Shown here: in pieces, positions 36,954 through 47,608 of the stretch
Layout of the letters: the number at the start of each line of letters is the position of its first letter
Position numbering within the stretch: the stretch's first letter is position 1
From: Promethearchaeota archaeon
Lineage (GTDB): Archaea > Asgardarchaeota > Lokiarchaeia > Sigyniarchaeales > SOKP01
Length of the DNA stretch: 64,000 bases
Assembly: GCA_048940925.1 (NCBI GenBank)
Contig: JBHLOC010000005.1
Coordinates: forward strand, 48,978-112,977
Direction of reading: 5' to 3'
The notes under the pieces: model-generated
Seen by the model: only the letters and a program-made list of their open reading frames with translations
The model's database searches: none
Told to the model about the DNA's origin: nothing
Made by a program: the position numbers and the translations under genes

Positions 36954-37961
36954 TTATGAGAAATTTATTAGATCTTTTTCTATTTTCTCTTGTCTCAATT
37001 TATCACTAATTATTGACAGTTCATTTTCTTCTCTAATTAGTTTTTGTAGTAAATTGAAATTACTTGCAGATTCTTTCTGGGACGTTAATAATAAATTTTT
37101 CATCCCACTAATTGTTTCTTCAACCGATTTGATATGATATTTCTTTAAATGTGTAATAGCTTTTCTAAGTTCAGATAAATTTATTAAAAACACATCAAAG
37201 CAATCACTTTTTTGTTGTCCTACTTTATTCAATTCTTGCTGAATAAATTCATAGTATTTTAATTCTGTATCCTCAGGTTCAGTAACAGATTTATATTTAA
37301 CTTTTTGTTTTGATTTTATCTTTTTTAATTCTGATTCAATGGAATTAATATCTATTAACTGATTTTTTAATGAGTTTTCAGTTTTTCCAATAAATTTTAG
37401 GAAATCATTTGCAGTATTTTCAGATATAATATCTGGATTTAAGATTTCTGCTCTCTTTAAAAATGTATAAATTAACAGTTCAAAACAATCTTTAACATTT
37501 TTACTAGTTTTAGCTGAAGTTAATATCGTATTGTCTTTTTCTGTTAGGAAGCTTTTTATTATATTAATTAACCCTTTATTAGCAGAACACTCATCTAATT
37601 TATTTCCAATAAACAATGAAATACATTTCTCAGAATAATACCTCATTTTTTCTAAAAATTCCTTTTTGAGATTTTCTAATGTTTTTTTTGGTTGAGTTAA
37701 ATCAAAAACTAAAAGGACTGCATCAGCATTGGAATAATGAGCGGTATTAAGGGGATTAAATGACTTTTGACCGCCTAAATCCCATATACTTAATTTAATG
37801 GATGTTTCTTTTAATTGGTAGTCTTTTTTACTAATAGAACTGCCGATTGTGGGCATATATGTCTCAGGAATTTCTTTATCTAAGAAAGCATTTACGATGG
37901 AAGTTTTACCAACTTCACCTTCACCAAGAATAACAATTTTTAAGTTAATTCTAGTTTCCAA
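36954..37961 (-). CDS. Rab/Ras-like small GTPase with C-terminal coiled-coil extension
   Basis: G1 GEGEVGKTS, G2 PTIG, G3 WDLGGQ, G4 NKLD, G5 TSAK; ~165 aa helical tail. Confidence 0.88.
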   Translation of the reverse strand: METRINLKIVILGEGEVGKTSIVNAFLDKEIPETYMPTIGSSISKKDYQLKETSIKLSIWDLGGQKSFNPLNTAHYSNADAVLLVFDLTQPKKTLENLKKEFLEKMRYYSEKCISLFIGNKLDECSANKGLINIIKSFLTEKDNTILTSAKTSKNVKDCFELLIYTFLKRAEILNPDIISENTANDFLKFIGKTENSLKNQLIDINSIESELKKIKSKQKVKYKSVTEPEDTELKYYEFIQQELNKVGQQKSDCFDVFLINLSELRKAITHLKKYHIKSVEETISGMKNLLLTSQKESASNFNLLQKLIREENELSIISDKLRQEKIEKDLINFS

Positions 37962-38199
37962 CTTATTAATCGCCTAAATAAAAATATTAAGAGAGGTAAA
38001 TGTTGTACTAATTTGAAAAATTGGTCTAATAAAATTTAATTCTTAAAATCAAAATAGACTTGATTAATATAAATTTTAGCTTCACCTATTTCTGAATGCT
38101 TTAGGTTTGAATAAAAATTTTTTTTAAATTTATATTCAATACTTATATTTTTCTTTTTCTTATTTTCTAGTACTTCAAATAAAAAGTGTATTTCTAATA

Positions 38200-38439
38200 A
38201 TGAATACTAAGAAAAAGATTGATTTAATATCCGAAATTATAGACAGATATGATGATCATGTCTGTTTTTATTGCGGTAGCATCTTAAATGGTGATATGGA
38301 AAATGATAATTATGATGAGGGATATTCGGATGATTGGTGCCCAGATTGTTGTAAAGGTATCGATCCTGATAATGACTGGGAAGATGCTTGTTTAATTGCT
38401 ATTGATAAAGTAATTCATGATGAAAAGTTTAAACCATAA
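38200..38439 (+). CDS. small acidic Cys-rich (zinc-finger-like) protein
   Basis: CFYCG...WCPDCC...C; D/E-rich. Confidence 0.65.
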   Translation: MNTKKKIDLISEIIDRYDDHVCFYCGSILNGDMENDNYDEGYSDDWCPDCCKGIDPDNDWEDACLIAIDKVIHDEKFKP

Positions 38440-38447
38440 AAAATGGA

Positions 38448-38930
38448 ATGAAAATGGTAACTGGTAGACAAGAAATCAATCCATTTGATTATATAGACTA
38501 TTTTAAAAGAAATACAGCGTTAATGGTAACAATGAATAAAGAAGATAAGCTCAATGTGATGGCTCTTGATTGGAAAAAAATGGAAGAAATAGGGGAAAAG
38601 CCAGTTATAAGAGCACAAGTAGCTTATACTAGATATACCTATACTTTACTAACAGAGGGTATAGATGAATTTACCATTAATATACCTTCAGATAAGACAC
38701 TTCATGCTGTAGATATCGCAGGATCTTATTCAGGGAGAAATGTTAATAAATTTCAAGAAGCAAAATTGGAGACTATTCCAGGACAAAAATCAAAAGTACC
38801 AACCATAAAAGATTGTTTATTAAGTTATGAATGTAAAATAATTCATGATAGTAAATCAAATATGAAAAGTCATCACTATTTTTATGGAGAAATTCTTGCT
38901 GCTTATGCTTCTAATGATATCATTAAATAA
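38448..38930 (+). CDS. flavin reductase-like FMN-binding protein
   Basis: NVMAL.W, EFTINIP, GSYSGR..NKF, P.I...YECKI, H.YFYGEI. Confidence 0.82.
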   Translation: MKMVTGRQEINPFDYIDYFKRNTALMVTMNKEDKLNVMALDWKKMEEIGEKPVIRAQVAYTRYTYTLLTEGIDEFTINIPSDKTLHAVDIAGSYSGRNVNKFQEAKLETIPGQKSKVPTIKDCLLSYECKIIHDSKSNMKSHHYFYGEILAAYASNDIIK

Positions 38931-39131
38931 ATGGAAGAGAAATTTACTTATTAATTTATTTTTCGATGGATCGTTGAGAAAGAACATACTCTCGAATTTT
39001 TTTATCCATATTCATTTTTCATATATTAAAACATGGTTGATATCCGTCCAATGGTTAAGAGAACTTAATAATTAGAAAAACCAATAAATGATTAATACAA
39101 AATTGATATAAAAAGTAGAGGTTATTCCACT

Positions 39132-40565
39132 ATTCAAATTCCATTAACTTTAACTTGTATTGAATGTCAAAGAAAATTTGAATTTAAATCCATTGAATAT
39201 AAATGTCCAGATTGTGGAGGATTATTATGGTTTGAATCTGATATTGAAAATCTTAAGCTCAAGTTTTCTTTAATTAAAATTAAAAATAAGTTCTGGGATT
39301 TTAATTTTACTTTTCCTCAAATTGAAAGCAAATTTATACAATCATTAGGAGAAGGAGGTACTCCTTGTAGAAGTTCAAAACAATTTGGAGAGAAGTCAGG
39401 AATTTCAAATTTATTTTTTAAAGATGAAACTCAAAATCCAACAAGTTCTTTTAAAGATCGTACAGCAGCATTACTAGTTTCTCACGCATATAGTTGGGGT
39501 TTTAAAAAAATAATTTGTGCTTCAAATGGTAATCAAGGTGCTTCGTTAGCTGCTTATACTTCTGTTAAAAATATGGGATGTTTAAATATTATTCCACGAA
39601 TAATTGATTTAGGTAAAAAGGCTCAAATGATAGCTTATGATTCTGAAGTAGAAATAATAGGAGATACAGTTGATGATGCCATTGAAAATGTTTTAAAGAG
39701 AAAAAAAATTGAAGATTTTTATCAAGGGACTCCCGATTTGAATCCACTTACTATTGAAGCTCAGAAAACTATTGCTTATGAAATTATTAAACAGATTGAA
39801 AATCCTGGTTGGATTATAATCCCAATGGGAAGTGGGGAATTATTAGTTAGTTTATGGAAAGGATTTTTTGAACTTCAAAAAGCTAATATTATAAAAAATA
39901 TTCCAAAATTAGTAGGTGTTCAATCTCAATTCTCTTCTCCCATAGTAAATGAGTTCTTTAAAGAAAGGGAAAAAAATTTTTCACCCCAAAAGGTTCAAAA
40001 TTCTATTGCTCTTGGAGTTTTAGTAAAAAATCCAATATACAAAGATTTAGCCATTAAATGTATTAGGGAGAGTAAAGGAACTGTAATAGCAATTCCTGAA
40101 GATTTAATTTTAAAATCAGTTGATAAATTAATAAGATACGAAGGAATCTTTGCTGAACCTTCCTCCGCTTTAACTGTTGCAGCAGTACAATCCTTACAAC
40201 AAAAGTCTGTATTTGATGCTAAAGAAAAAATAGTGTGTATTATTACTGGAAGTGGATTAAAGGCGCCTTATATATTAGAAGCTATTTCATCCCAAACAAA
40301 AACTATGGGGAAAGGATCAATTATTATTACAAAATTGAAAATTTTATCGCAGATTTCAATATCGAGTATTAAAGGGATAACTGGAACTCAACTTAATAAA
40401 ATTTTTGATAATGTAAGATTAGCTGGAATCTATCAACATCTAAAAGATTTAGAAATAAAGGGTTTGATTTCAAGAAAAAAAGAAGGAAAAAATGTTTTAT
40501 ACTTTATAACTAATAGTGGTAAAAAAGTTTTAGATGCTTTAGATGTTTTAATTACATTACTTTAA
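39132..40565 (+). CDS. thrC: threonine synthase with N-terminal Zn ribbon and C-terminal winged-helix fusion; probable ATT start at 39132
   Basis: The frame upstream of the ORF-track ATG (39573) encodes CIEC..CPDCGG, SLGEGGTP, KDETQNPTSSFKDR (PLP Lys) and ASNGNQGAS; downstream has PMGSG, EGIFAEPSSA, ITGSGLK. Confidence 0.85.
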   Translation: MQIPLTLTCIECQRKFEFKSIEYKCPDCGGLLWFESDIENLKLKFSLIKIKNKFWDFNFTFPQIESKFIQSLGEGGTPCRSSKQFGEKSGISNLFFKDETQNPTSSFKDRTAALLVSHAYSWGFKKIICASNGNQGASLAAYTSVKNMGCLNIIPRIIDLGKKAQMIAYDSEVEIIGDTVDDAIENVLKRKKIEDFYQGTPDLNPLTIEAQKTIAYEIIKQIENPGWIIIPMGSGELLVSLWKGFFELQKANIIKNIPKLVGVQSQFSSPIVNEFFKEREKNFSPQKVQNSIALGVLVKNPIYKDLAIKCIRESKGTVIAIPEDLILKSVDKLIRYEGIFAEPSSALTVAAVQSLQQKSVFDAKEKIVCIITGSGLKAPYILEAISSQTKTMGKGSIIITKLKILSQISISSIKGITGTQLNKIFDNVRLAGIYQHLKDLEIKGLISRKKEGKNVLYFITNSGKKVLDALDVLITLL

Positions 40566-41188
40566 GATTGTTTCTGTTCACTGTGTTCTTTTTCTATTGA
40601 AATAAATACTTTATCAAATATATGTGGTAAAGAGTCAAATATATTTTTTCTTGAAGCCGCAATTAATAAAATTGAACCTATCGCAGCAAATACAAATTGG
40701 AAAAAGTTGCCAGGTACCTCGACCAATGCCACAGCAACTCCAAGTTTAAGTATATAAGCTTCATAGATGAAATAGCCCGAAGGAATTAAAATTCCACCAA
40801 TTAAAACAGCAATAATATCCCGATAAGAAATTCTACTTTTACAATCTTTTGGATTGGATATTAATCCGATTAAAAAACCCTCTATACCTTTAATCACTAA
40901 AGTAGCTGGTGCATAAATTATATATGGTGAAAAAATATCTGCTAACATGGGCCCTAAACCCCCAGTAATTCCACCTATAATGGGTCCAAATAATAGAGCG
41001 GTAAACATTACTGCAATATCTCCAATATTGATGTAACCCCCAGTAGCGGGAATAGGAATTTGAATCCAATATGTTATTACAAAATTTAAAGCTGTAAAGA
41101 TGCCAATCATCGATAGTATCAATACATTATCTGGTAAAAGATAACCTAAAAAGTTTTTATTGCTCATAGGATCCTTTTTTTGTTCCAC
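40562..41188 (-). CDS. ECF transporter S component
   Basis: IPIPATGGYINIGD, LFGPIIGG, LAD, APATLVIKGIEG. Confidence 0.85.
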   Translation of the reverse strand: MEQKKDPMSNKNFLGYLLPDNVLILSMIGIFTALNFVITYWIQIPIPATGGYINIGDIAVMFTALLFGPIIGGITGGLGPMLADIFSPYIIYAPATLVIKGIEGFLIGLISNPKDCKSRISYRDIIAVLIGGILIPSGYFIYEAYILKLGVAVALVEVPGNFFQFVFAAIGSILLIAASRKNIFDSLPHIFDKVFISIEKEHSEQKQS

Positions 41189-41396
41189 TCTAACTTCATC
41201 TTCTTTTTCATAAATATAAGTTTCAACTTATATAAATTTTTAATATATATATAAGTTTTCATCTTTTGGAATAAACTTCGAAAATTGAATATAAATTATT
41301 ATATACGTTTAGATCCCTATAAATCACAACAATTTAACTAAAAATTTTATATACATTTAATAGAAATTCCATAAAATAAAATAAAATCAATCAAAA

Positions 41397-44300
41397 ATGA
41401 AGGCAAAGAAAAAAATCAAACTTATTAAAAAACTACTTGCTATAAGTACTCTATTTTATGCCATTTTATCACCTGTTACATTCATCGTATTATCAAATGG
41501 ATTAAATAATGATTTCTCAGACAGTCTTCTGCATCAGTCCAATAATTCTGCTGAAGATTCGATTTTGTGGAAATTAGGCAAAGGAATTCCTGGAACTGGG
41601 GCAACAATGCAACCTCGATTAGTGAATTTTACTGAGAATGGTGAATCATTAATCATTGTGGGAACTGATAAAGGTTTGGCTGCAATAACATTAGATGGAT
41701 TTATTAACATGAGTTACCGGACCTTTGGACCTGTTATAGATTTCGATATAATTGAAGACATATCAGGAGATCATAGAGATGATATCGTTCTCATTACTTA
41801 TTATAAAGATCATCCAAATCTAATTGCAATTGCTTCTAATAATGCCTCAGAGATATGGAAATTTAAAGCTACAGTAGAAGGAATAAGCACCGAAACTTAT
41901 GAAAAACAGGATTTTATCACATATACATGGGATTTAGAAGTAATTAACGACATAAACGATGATTCAATATCGGAAATAGTAATAGCATCTTGGTATAGAT
42001 TAATAGTAGTTGATGGAAAGGTTGGAGACAAAATATGGATGAGAGATGATGATTTTAAGAATGATATTTGGAAGGTAGAAGTTCTCGAAGATATTAATAA
42101 TAATGGATTTCAAACAATCATAGCAGGTTCAGAAGAAGGGAAACTAATAGCATTTGATTCTCGAAGTGGTAAAGAATTGTGGACCTTTAAGGTTGAACCA
42201 ACGAATATACCAGTTCAAACTATGTTTGGCATTTCTACAGAAAAAGTACCAAATTCTATTGATGACATTAAGGTAATTAACGATGTTAATAATGATGAAA
42301 TTGATGAAATTCTTATTGCTGCTGACGATGGCTATTTAAGGTTAATTTCAGGGAAAAATGGACATGAACTTCATAAAGCAATCTGTTATAATATTACCCA
42401 ACCCTCACAAACAGCTCCAATATATGATTTATCAACATCTCCATATACTTCTACTGAAAGATTGTTTAGGAAATCTGGAGTTAGGTTATATGATATTTCA
42501 GACATCAATGATGATGGGATTAGAGAATACATGTCAATAGCGTGTGATCTTGATTATACATATAAAGAAACAAGCCTAATTGAATGTAAGATATTCAGTA
42601 TAAATCCAGAAGCAGAGTTTGAACTAATCAATATCAGTATTAGTCGGAATTGGACATATACTGATTCGGATCAGGGGCGTTTTTACAGTTCCGATCCAGA
42701 AATAATAAATAAAGGCTCTGAGATACAAATCTATTTTTATTCTGTTATTCAAGAAGATTACGAAAGTAGTGGAAGTGCGAGGATTGAACGTTATCATATT
42801 AAGGATGAAAAATCAGAAAATCCCATAATTATTTATGAAGATCCAGATTCATATTCATTTTATAGATATGGGTATGACTATGAAATTTTATCGCAATCTT
42901 CTACTAGTATAAATGGTTATTATTTGTTAAATATTGGTGATGTTAATTTTGATGGAGTAAATGATTTATTTGCAATAAGTCCTAATGGTCGTTATTTATG
43001 TATCGACACGAAAAATGATATTGTGCTTTGGGTAAGAACTCGTAAAGATTCGAAATTAGATCTTACAGAACTTAAAGATTTAAACAATGATGGAATTAAA
43101 GATTTGTTGATCAAACAGATAAGTAATTTTGAGCCAGATTGGATTAGTTCCAATAACGGTGATTCTATTAAAAAACCTAAAATTGTAAGTGAATTATATA
43201 CGATTGATGGTAAGACAGGAAAGATTATATGGTCTTTTAATATACCTTTCCCTCAATATTATGAAGGAATAAGAGATTTAAAGAATGTGGGAGATATTAC
43301 TGATGATGGAATTGATGATTATGTAGGCTGGGTAATCCCCTCAATTATTCCTCCTGATATTTCTGATATTATAGAAAGCCTTTCAGAAAAGGATTCATAT
43401 GGAGGGATTAATGGAGAATTTGTAAGTGAAGACATATATAGAGCATTATTAACAAAATATACAAAAATATTAGCGATTGATGGTTCTAACGGAATTATTT
43501 TTTGGAATAATTCATTGTTAGGCTTTCCCTACAGATTTTATCGCCAATATGGATATGCTGGCTCTTATGAAGACCCATTTTCAGGATATTCTAGTGGTAA
43601 TGATTTTTATAATAGAATAAATAGTGAAATTCCTAACAGTTGGGGAGAATATTATAATATTGATTGGAATGGTGATTATAATCATTGGAGCATTTCAACA
43701 TTATTACATCCAGAAAAAATTCAACTTATAAATGGATTTTCTACTGATAATAAATTTGACTTATGGGGTGATCAAGGTACAAATTGCACAATTACCTCTA
43801 CTAACTCTTCTGAATCGTCAAAATCCTTAAAATTAGGCACAACCTTAAATAGTACATCAGTAGGAACGGTTGAAAGTGGGGATTATTTATACTGGGTATT
43901 AAATTCAATAAGTTCTAATGGAGAACACAAAATTAATGCGGAATTATCGTTCAATCTATCTCAACCTATTGAAAGCGAATTACAAAATATTATAGTAGAT
44001 TATGAAGGATTTATAGTAGATGATGTTATCGATCAGATAGACATATCAATATACAACTTTTCTGGAGATTATTGGAAAAAAATAAGTACTAATGTTATTA
44101 ATGATCCTGACCCAATAAATATGGTAAAGTATCTTAATAATATTAATGGGTTGACATATGGCTCAAACAAGTTAGTTAAAATAAAATTAGAGGCAACAAA
44201 TGCTTCTGCGTTCACTCTATTTATTGATAAATTAGTGGTAAATTATACATATACCTATAAAAACTATACAATAACGGCTGAACCAGATGGATCTTCATGG

Positions 44301-46655
44301 AAAGCAATAATGGATATGACAATTCCTATAGACTTTTCTAATGATAACTTATTAGGAGTTATGGAGTATTCCCTTTCCCAAATTGAAAGATTTTCTGCTC
44401 TCAAACTTCAAACCAAATTAAAAGTAAATACAGGAGATTCTCCGTGGTATAATTTTACATATGAAATGTATGATGTCTCGAATAGCAAGTGGGTTTTGTG
44501 CAATTGGAGTGATACACCTACATGGAACAACCATACATACCCTGATTTAAAAGGAGGTTATGGTGCCACCAGATATGATTATAAAGATTTCAATTTTGAT
44601 TCAACATATGGTTATGATCATATGTGGCTCGCTACACGTGGAACTAATGATTTTTATCCAGAGTTAGAATTTGATTATGAAAATAGAACAACCTTATCAA
44701 ATTTCATATATCCAAATAAAACAATTCAAATAAGATTAAATGTTACTAATGGCAGAGATTCATTTAATTTAACAGTTGATAATTTCGGAATTGGAGCATT
44801 TTATTGGGGATTATTTAGTTCTAAATTTGATAGATATTACATATCAGAATTTTATGAAGAATCTGGATCTGAATTTACTACTGATAATCTTTTAAATTTA
44901 GAAATTCAAGACTTTGATGTAGTTAATGGAACTAATGATGGGTATTTGGATATAATTGCTATAATTGGTAATGAAGAAAACAACTATGAAGGAACATGGA
45001 GTACAAGAATTCGTCTTTTTGATATTAAAAACAAAGAAATATATAGTAAATGGAGTCTTAATCAAACTTATATTCCATATAAGAATGTACGAATTTTACC
45101 AATAAACAATAATCTAAATAACTGGTTAATAAGTGGATTTTTTCAGTATGGAAATTTTTACAACTTTTCACACAAATTAATCGGCAATCCTCATTGGAAT
45201 TCTCAAATATCGCATTTTGACAATTATTCTGACACAAAAGTTGAAATTAATTATCTATGGGAAGAAATTCCAGATTTTCCAGAACAATATTATTATGAAT
45301 TTCCTGGAAAAACAACTATTTCTAGAGATGGGAGTATAGGGATAATATTGGGAGAATATGAATTCCTGGAAGAGGAGTGGGGAGCATTTGCGTTTAAATT
45401 ATCTAACATTCGAATTATAGATATTAATAACCGTTCCATTGTATGTAAAATACCTGCTGAAAATTTATACTCCTTAGATGATTATGGTGTACAAGATAAT
45501 GGTGCATTTGATTTTAGCTCACAAGGTGCGGGATATAGATTATTAATTTCTTATGATGATTTTGATGGTGATAACTTCCTAGATCATGTAGGTTTATATC
45601 ATCTAGAAGGGATGGAAGAAGAAAACTTTAGAGATGGTTTTTATAGTTATGGATCAGAGATTAAGATATTTAGTGGTGATTCTGGTGATTCTGATCCTGT
45701 AATTTTATTTACAAAGGTTTTTGAATCTATACAACCAAGTTCTTCTGAATCTCAATCTCCAGATAAACTAACCATGCCATTTACTTCGATTGATGATATT
45801 AATAATGATGAGATCCCAGAAACAATAATAGGAATTCAATCTGGAACTGACAGTTGTAAAGGAGCTTATATAAGTGTCTATGATATTTATAATAGTAATG
45901 AATATGAGGTAAAAGAGCTAACTGAATTTAAATGGGAATTAGATACTTTTAAATGTACCTCTCGATGGGCTGAGAGGTTTGATGAATTTGTATTTAATAT
46001 TGATAAAATTGGAGATCTTAACGCAGATAATGTAAGTGAAGTTTTTATAAATCGGAATTATTACGTTGAAAGAAGAACGGAGTATGGTAGTAGATATTAT
46101 GAAGGAACGCCAACCACAGAGATACTAGACATATTTAATCGAAATATTCTCTATAGATTTAATGTTAATGTTGATTCATTACTCCCAATACCTGATTTAA
46201 ATGCTGATGGGAATAAGGAAATATTGATTTCAAGTGAAGAAATATTATATTGTATTAATTCGAAGTTTGGAATTCAAATTTTAAGCCCTAAAGATCAACA
46301 GTCGATGAGATCTTACAATTTCAATATAAAATGGGAAACAGAGTCAATATATGATTATTTTGAAGTATTAATAGACGGAGTTAGTCAAGGTGCTACAACA
46401 GCTAAAAACATTCACGTCTCTCTCGGTTCTGGGTGGAGAGAAATTTCTATTATGCTGTTCGATAAGAGTGGTTTAATCGTAGCAACCAGCACAATAAATG
46501 TTCTTGTTCCACCTAATTCTACTTTTTTAATTTTAACATTCGTATTTCTAGGTGTTGTTGTTGGTTTGTTTTTAATTTATAGAAGACATAGTAAGCAGAA
46601 AGAAGAAATGGTGCTTATTGAAAAAAGAATCAAAGAAAGAGGTAAAAAGAAATGA
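41397..46655 (+). CDS. large type-I membrane surface protein with FG-GAP/PQQ-like beta-propeller repeats
   Basis: N-terminal hydrophobic segment; ~13 DxxxDG-type Ca-binding loops (DINDDG, DVNFDG, DLNNDG, DFDGD, DLNADG); IDGxxGxxxW blades; many N-x-S/T sequons; C-terminal TM plus basic tail. Confidence 0.8.
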   Translation: MKAKKKIKLIKKLLAISTLFYAILSPVTFIVLSNGLNNDFSDSLLHQSNNSAEDSILWKLGKGIPGTGATMQPRLVNFTENGESLIIVGTDKGLAAITLDGFINMSYRTFGPVIDFDIIEDISGDHRDDIVLITYYKDHPNLIAIASNNASEIWKFKATVEGISTETYEKQDFITYTWDLEVINDINDDSISEIVIASWYRLIVVDGKVGDKIWMRDDDFKNDIWKVEVLEDINNNGFQTIIAGSEEGKLIAFDSRSGKELWTFKVEPTNIPVQTMFGISTEKVPNSIDDIKVINDVNNDEIDEILIAADDGYLRLISGKNGHELHKAICYNITQPSQTAPIYDLSTSPYTSTERLFRKSGVRLYDISDINDDGIREYMSIACDLDYTYKETSLIECKIFSINPEAEFELINISISRNWTYTDSDQGRFYSSDPEIINKGSEIQIYFYSVIQEDYESSGSARIERYHIKDEKSENPIIIYEDPDSYSFYRYGYDYEILSQSSTSINGYYLLNIGDVNFDGVNDLFAISPNGRYLCIDTKNDIVLWVRTRKDSKLDLTELKDLNNDGIKDLLIKQISNFEPDWISSNNGDSIKKPKIVSELYTIDGKTGKIIWSFNIPFPQYYEGIRDLKNVGDITDDGIDDYVGWVIPSIIPPDISDIIESLSEKDSYGGINGEFVSEDIYRALLTKYTKILAIDGSNGIIFWNNSLLGFPYRFYRQYGYAGSYEDPFSGYSSGNDFYNRINSEIPNSWGEYYNIDWNGDYNHWSISTLLHPEKIQLINGFSTDNKFDLWGDQGTNCTITSTNSSESSKSLKLGTTLNSTSVGTVESGDYLYWVLNSISSNGEHKINAELSFNLSQPIESELQNIIVDYEGFIVDDVIDQIDISIYNFSGDYWKKISTNVINDPDPINMVKYLNNINGLTYGSNKLVKIKLEATNASAFTLFIDKLVVNYTYTYKNYTITAEPDGSSWKAIMDMTIPIDFSNDNLLGVMEYSLSQIERFSALKLQTKLKVNTGDSPWYNFTYEMYDVSNSKWVLCNWSDTPTWNNHTYPDLKGGYGATRYDYKDFNFDSTYGYDHMWLATRGTNDFYPELEFDYENRTTLSNFIYPNKTIQIRLNVTNGRDSFNLTVDNFGIGAFYWGLFSSKFDRYYISEFYEESGSEFTTDNLLNLEIQDFDVVNGTNDGYLDIIAIIGNEENNYEGTWSTRIRLFDIKNKEIYSKWSLNQTYIPYKNVRILPINNNLNNWLISGFFQYGNFYNFSHKLIGNPHWNSQISHFDNYSDTKVEINYLWEEIPDFPEQYYYEFPGKTTISRDGSIGIILGEYEFLEEEWGAFAFKLSNIRIIDINNRSIVCKIPAENLYSLDDYGVQDNGAFDFSSQGAGYRLLISYDDFDGDNFLDHVGLYHLEGMEEENFRDGFYSYGSEIKIFSGDSGDSDPVILFTKVFESIQPSSSESQSPDKLTMPFTSIDDINNDEIPETIIGIQSGTDSCKGAYISVYDIYNSNEYEVKELTEFKWELDTFKCTSRWAERFDEFVFNIDKIGDLNADNVSEVFINRNYYVERRTEYGSRYYEGTPTTEILDIFNRNILYRFNVNVDSLLPIPDLNADGNKEILISSEEILYCINSKFGIQILSPKDQQSMRSYNFNIKWETESIYDYFEVLIDGVSQGATTAKNIHVSLGSGWREISIMLFDKSGLIVATSTINVLVPPNSTFLILTFVFLGVVVGLFLIYRRHSKQKEEMVLIEKRIKERGKKK

Positions 46656-47608
46656 TTGAGAATAAAGAAAAAACAACATATGAAATTTGGAGTGAGGAAT
46701 TAACCAAAATTTATGGAAAGGGGAAAGAGGCGTTAGAAGCTGTATCAGAAATAGATCTCCGTGTAAAACCTGGGATTCATGGGTTTCTTGGACCGAACGG
46801 TGCTGGTAAAACAACAACAATAAACATGTTAGTAGGCGCTATTTCAATAACTAAAGGAAAGGCTAAGATTAGAGATGAAAAAGCTGGAACTGTTACAGCT
46901 AAACAAATAATTGGATTTTTACCTCAAGATCCTGTATTTTATGCAGATATGACCGGAGAAGATTATTTAATATATATGGGACAATTAGGAGGACTACAAA
47001 AGCAAGAAGCAAGAAGAAAAGCTCAAGAATTATTAGACTTCTTTGAACTTTTTGAATTCAGAAAAAAAGAAATTGGAACATATTCTGGAGGAATGAAACA
47101 AAAAATTGGCATAGCTGCAGCATTAATCCATGATCCAAAAGTCTTAATACTCGACGAACCTACGGCTAATTTAGACCCAATTGGAAGGGCTGATGTAATA
47201 CAAAAAATCAAAAGTTTAACTGATATTAGCGTTTTTGTTTCGAGTCACATTTTATCTGAAATTGAACAAATGTGTGAAGATGTTACAATGATAGACCATG
47301 GTAAAATTGTAATATGTGATTCTATAAGAAATATTAAAAAGAGATACATAAGTAATCTCTACATCTTAGACACTAATATGAATGAAAAAATCATGAAACA
47401 ATTAGATGATAAGGATATTATAAAAAGTATTCGAATTGATAGGATGGATGAAAAAATTCATATCATTCCTATAGATTCCGAGAAACTACGGAAACTTATA
47501 CCTGAAATAATTATTAAAAATAAAGCGCTCTTATACAGTTTTCATCAACCAGAATTATCTTTACAAGATATTTTTATGGAGATAATGTCAAAAAAGGAGG
47601 GATCTTAA
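46652..47608 (+). CDS. ABC transporter ATP-binding protein (ABC-2/export type)
   Basis: GPNGAGKTT, YSGGMKQK, ILDEPT, SSH; ATGA overlap with the upstream gene. Confidence 0.93.
   Translation: MIENKEKTTYEIWSEELTKIYGKGKEALEAVSEIDLRVKPGIHGFLGPNGAGKTTTINMLVGAISITKGKAKIRDEKAGTVTAKQIIGFLPQDPVFYADMTGEDYLIYMGQLGGLQKQEARRKAQELLDFFELFEFRKKEIGTYSGGMKQKIGIAAALIHDPKVLILDEPTANLDPIGRADVIQKIKSLTDISVFVSSHILSEIEQMCEDVTMIDHGKIVICDSIRNIKKRYISNLYILDTNMNEKIMKQLDDKDIIKSIRIDRMDEKIHIIPIDSEKLRKLIPEIIIKNKALLYSFHQPELSLQDIFMEIMSKKEGS

Noticed and set aside
38884-39075. 63-aa ORF between the flavin reductase gene and thrC
   Set aside because: Overlaps the upstream gene end, has no motifs and looks like intergenic composition.
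39096-39572. thrC as a frameshifted pseudogene
   Set aside because: The frame is continuous and all motifs are intact; only a canonical start codon is missing.
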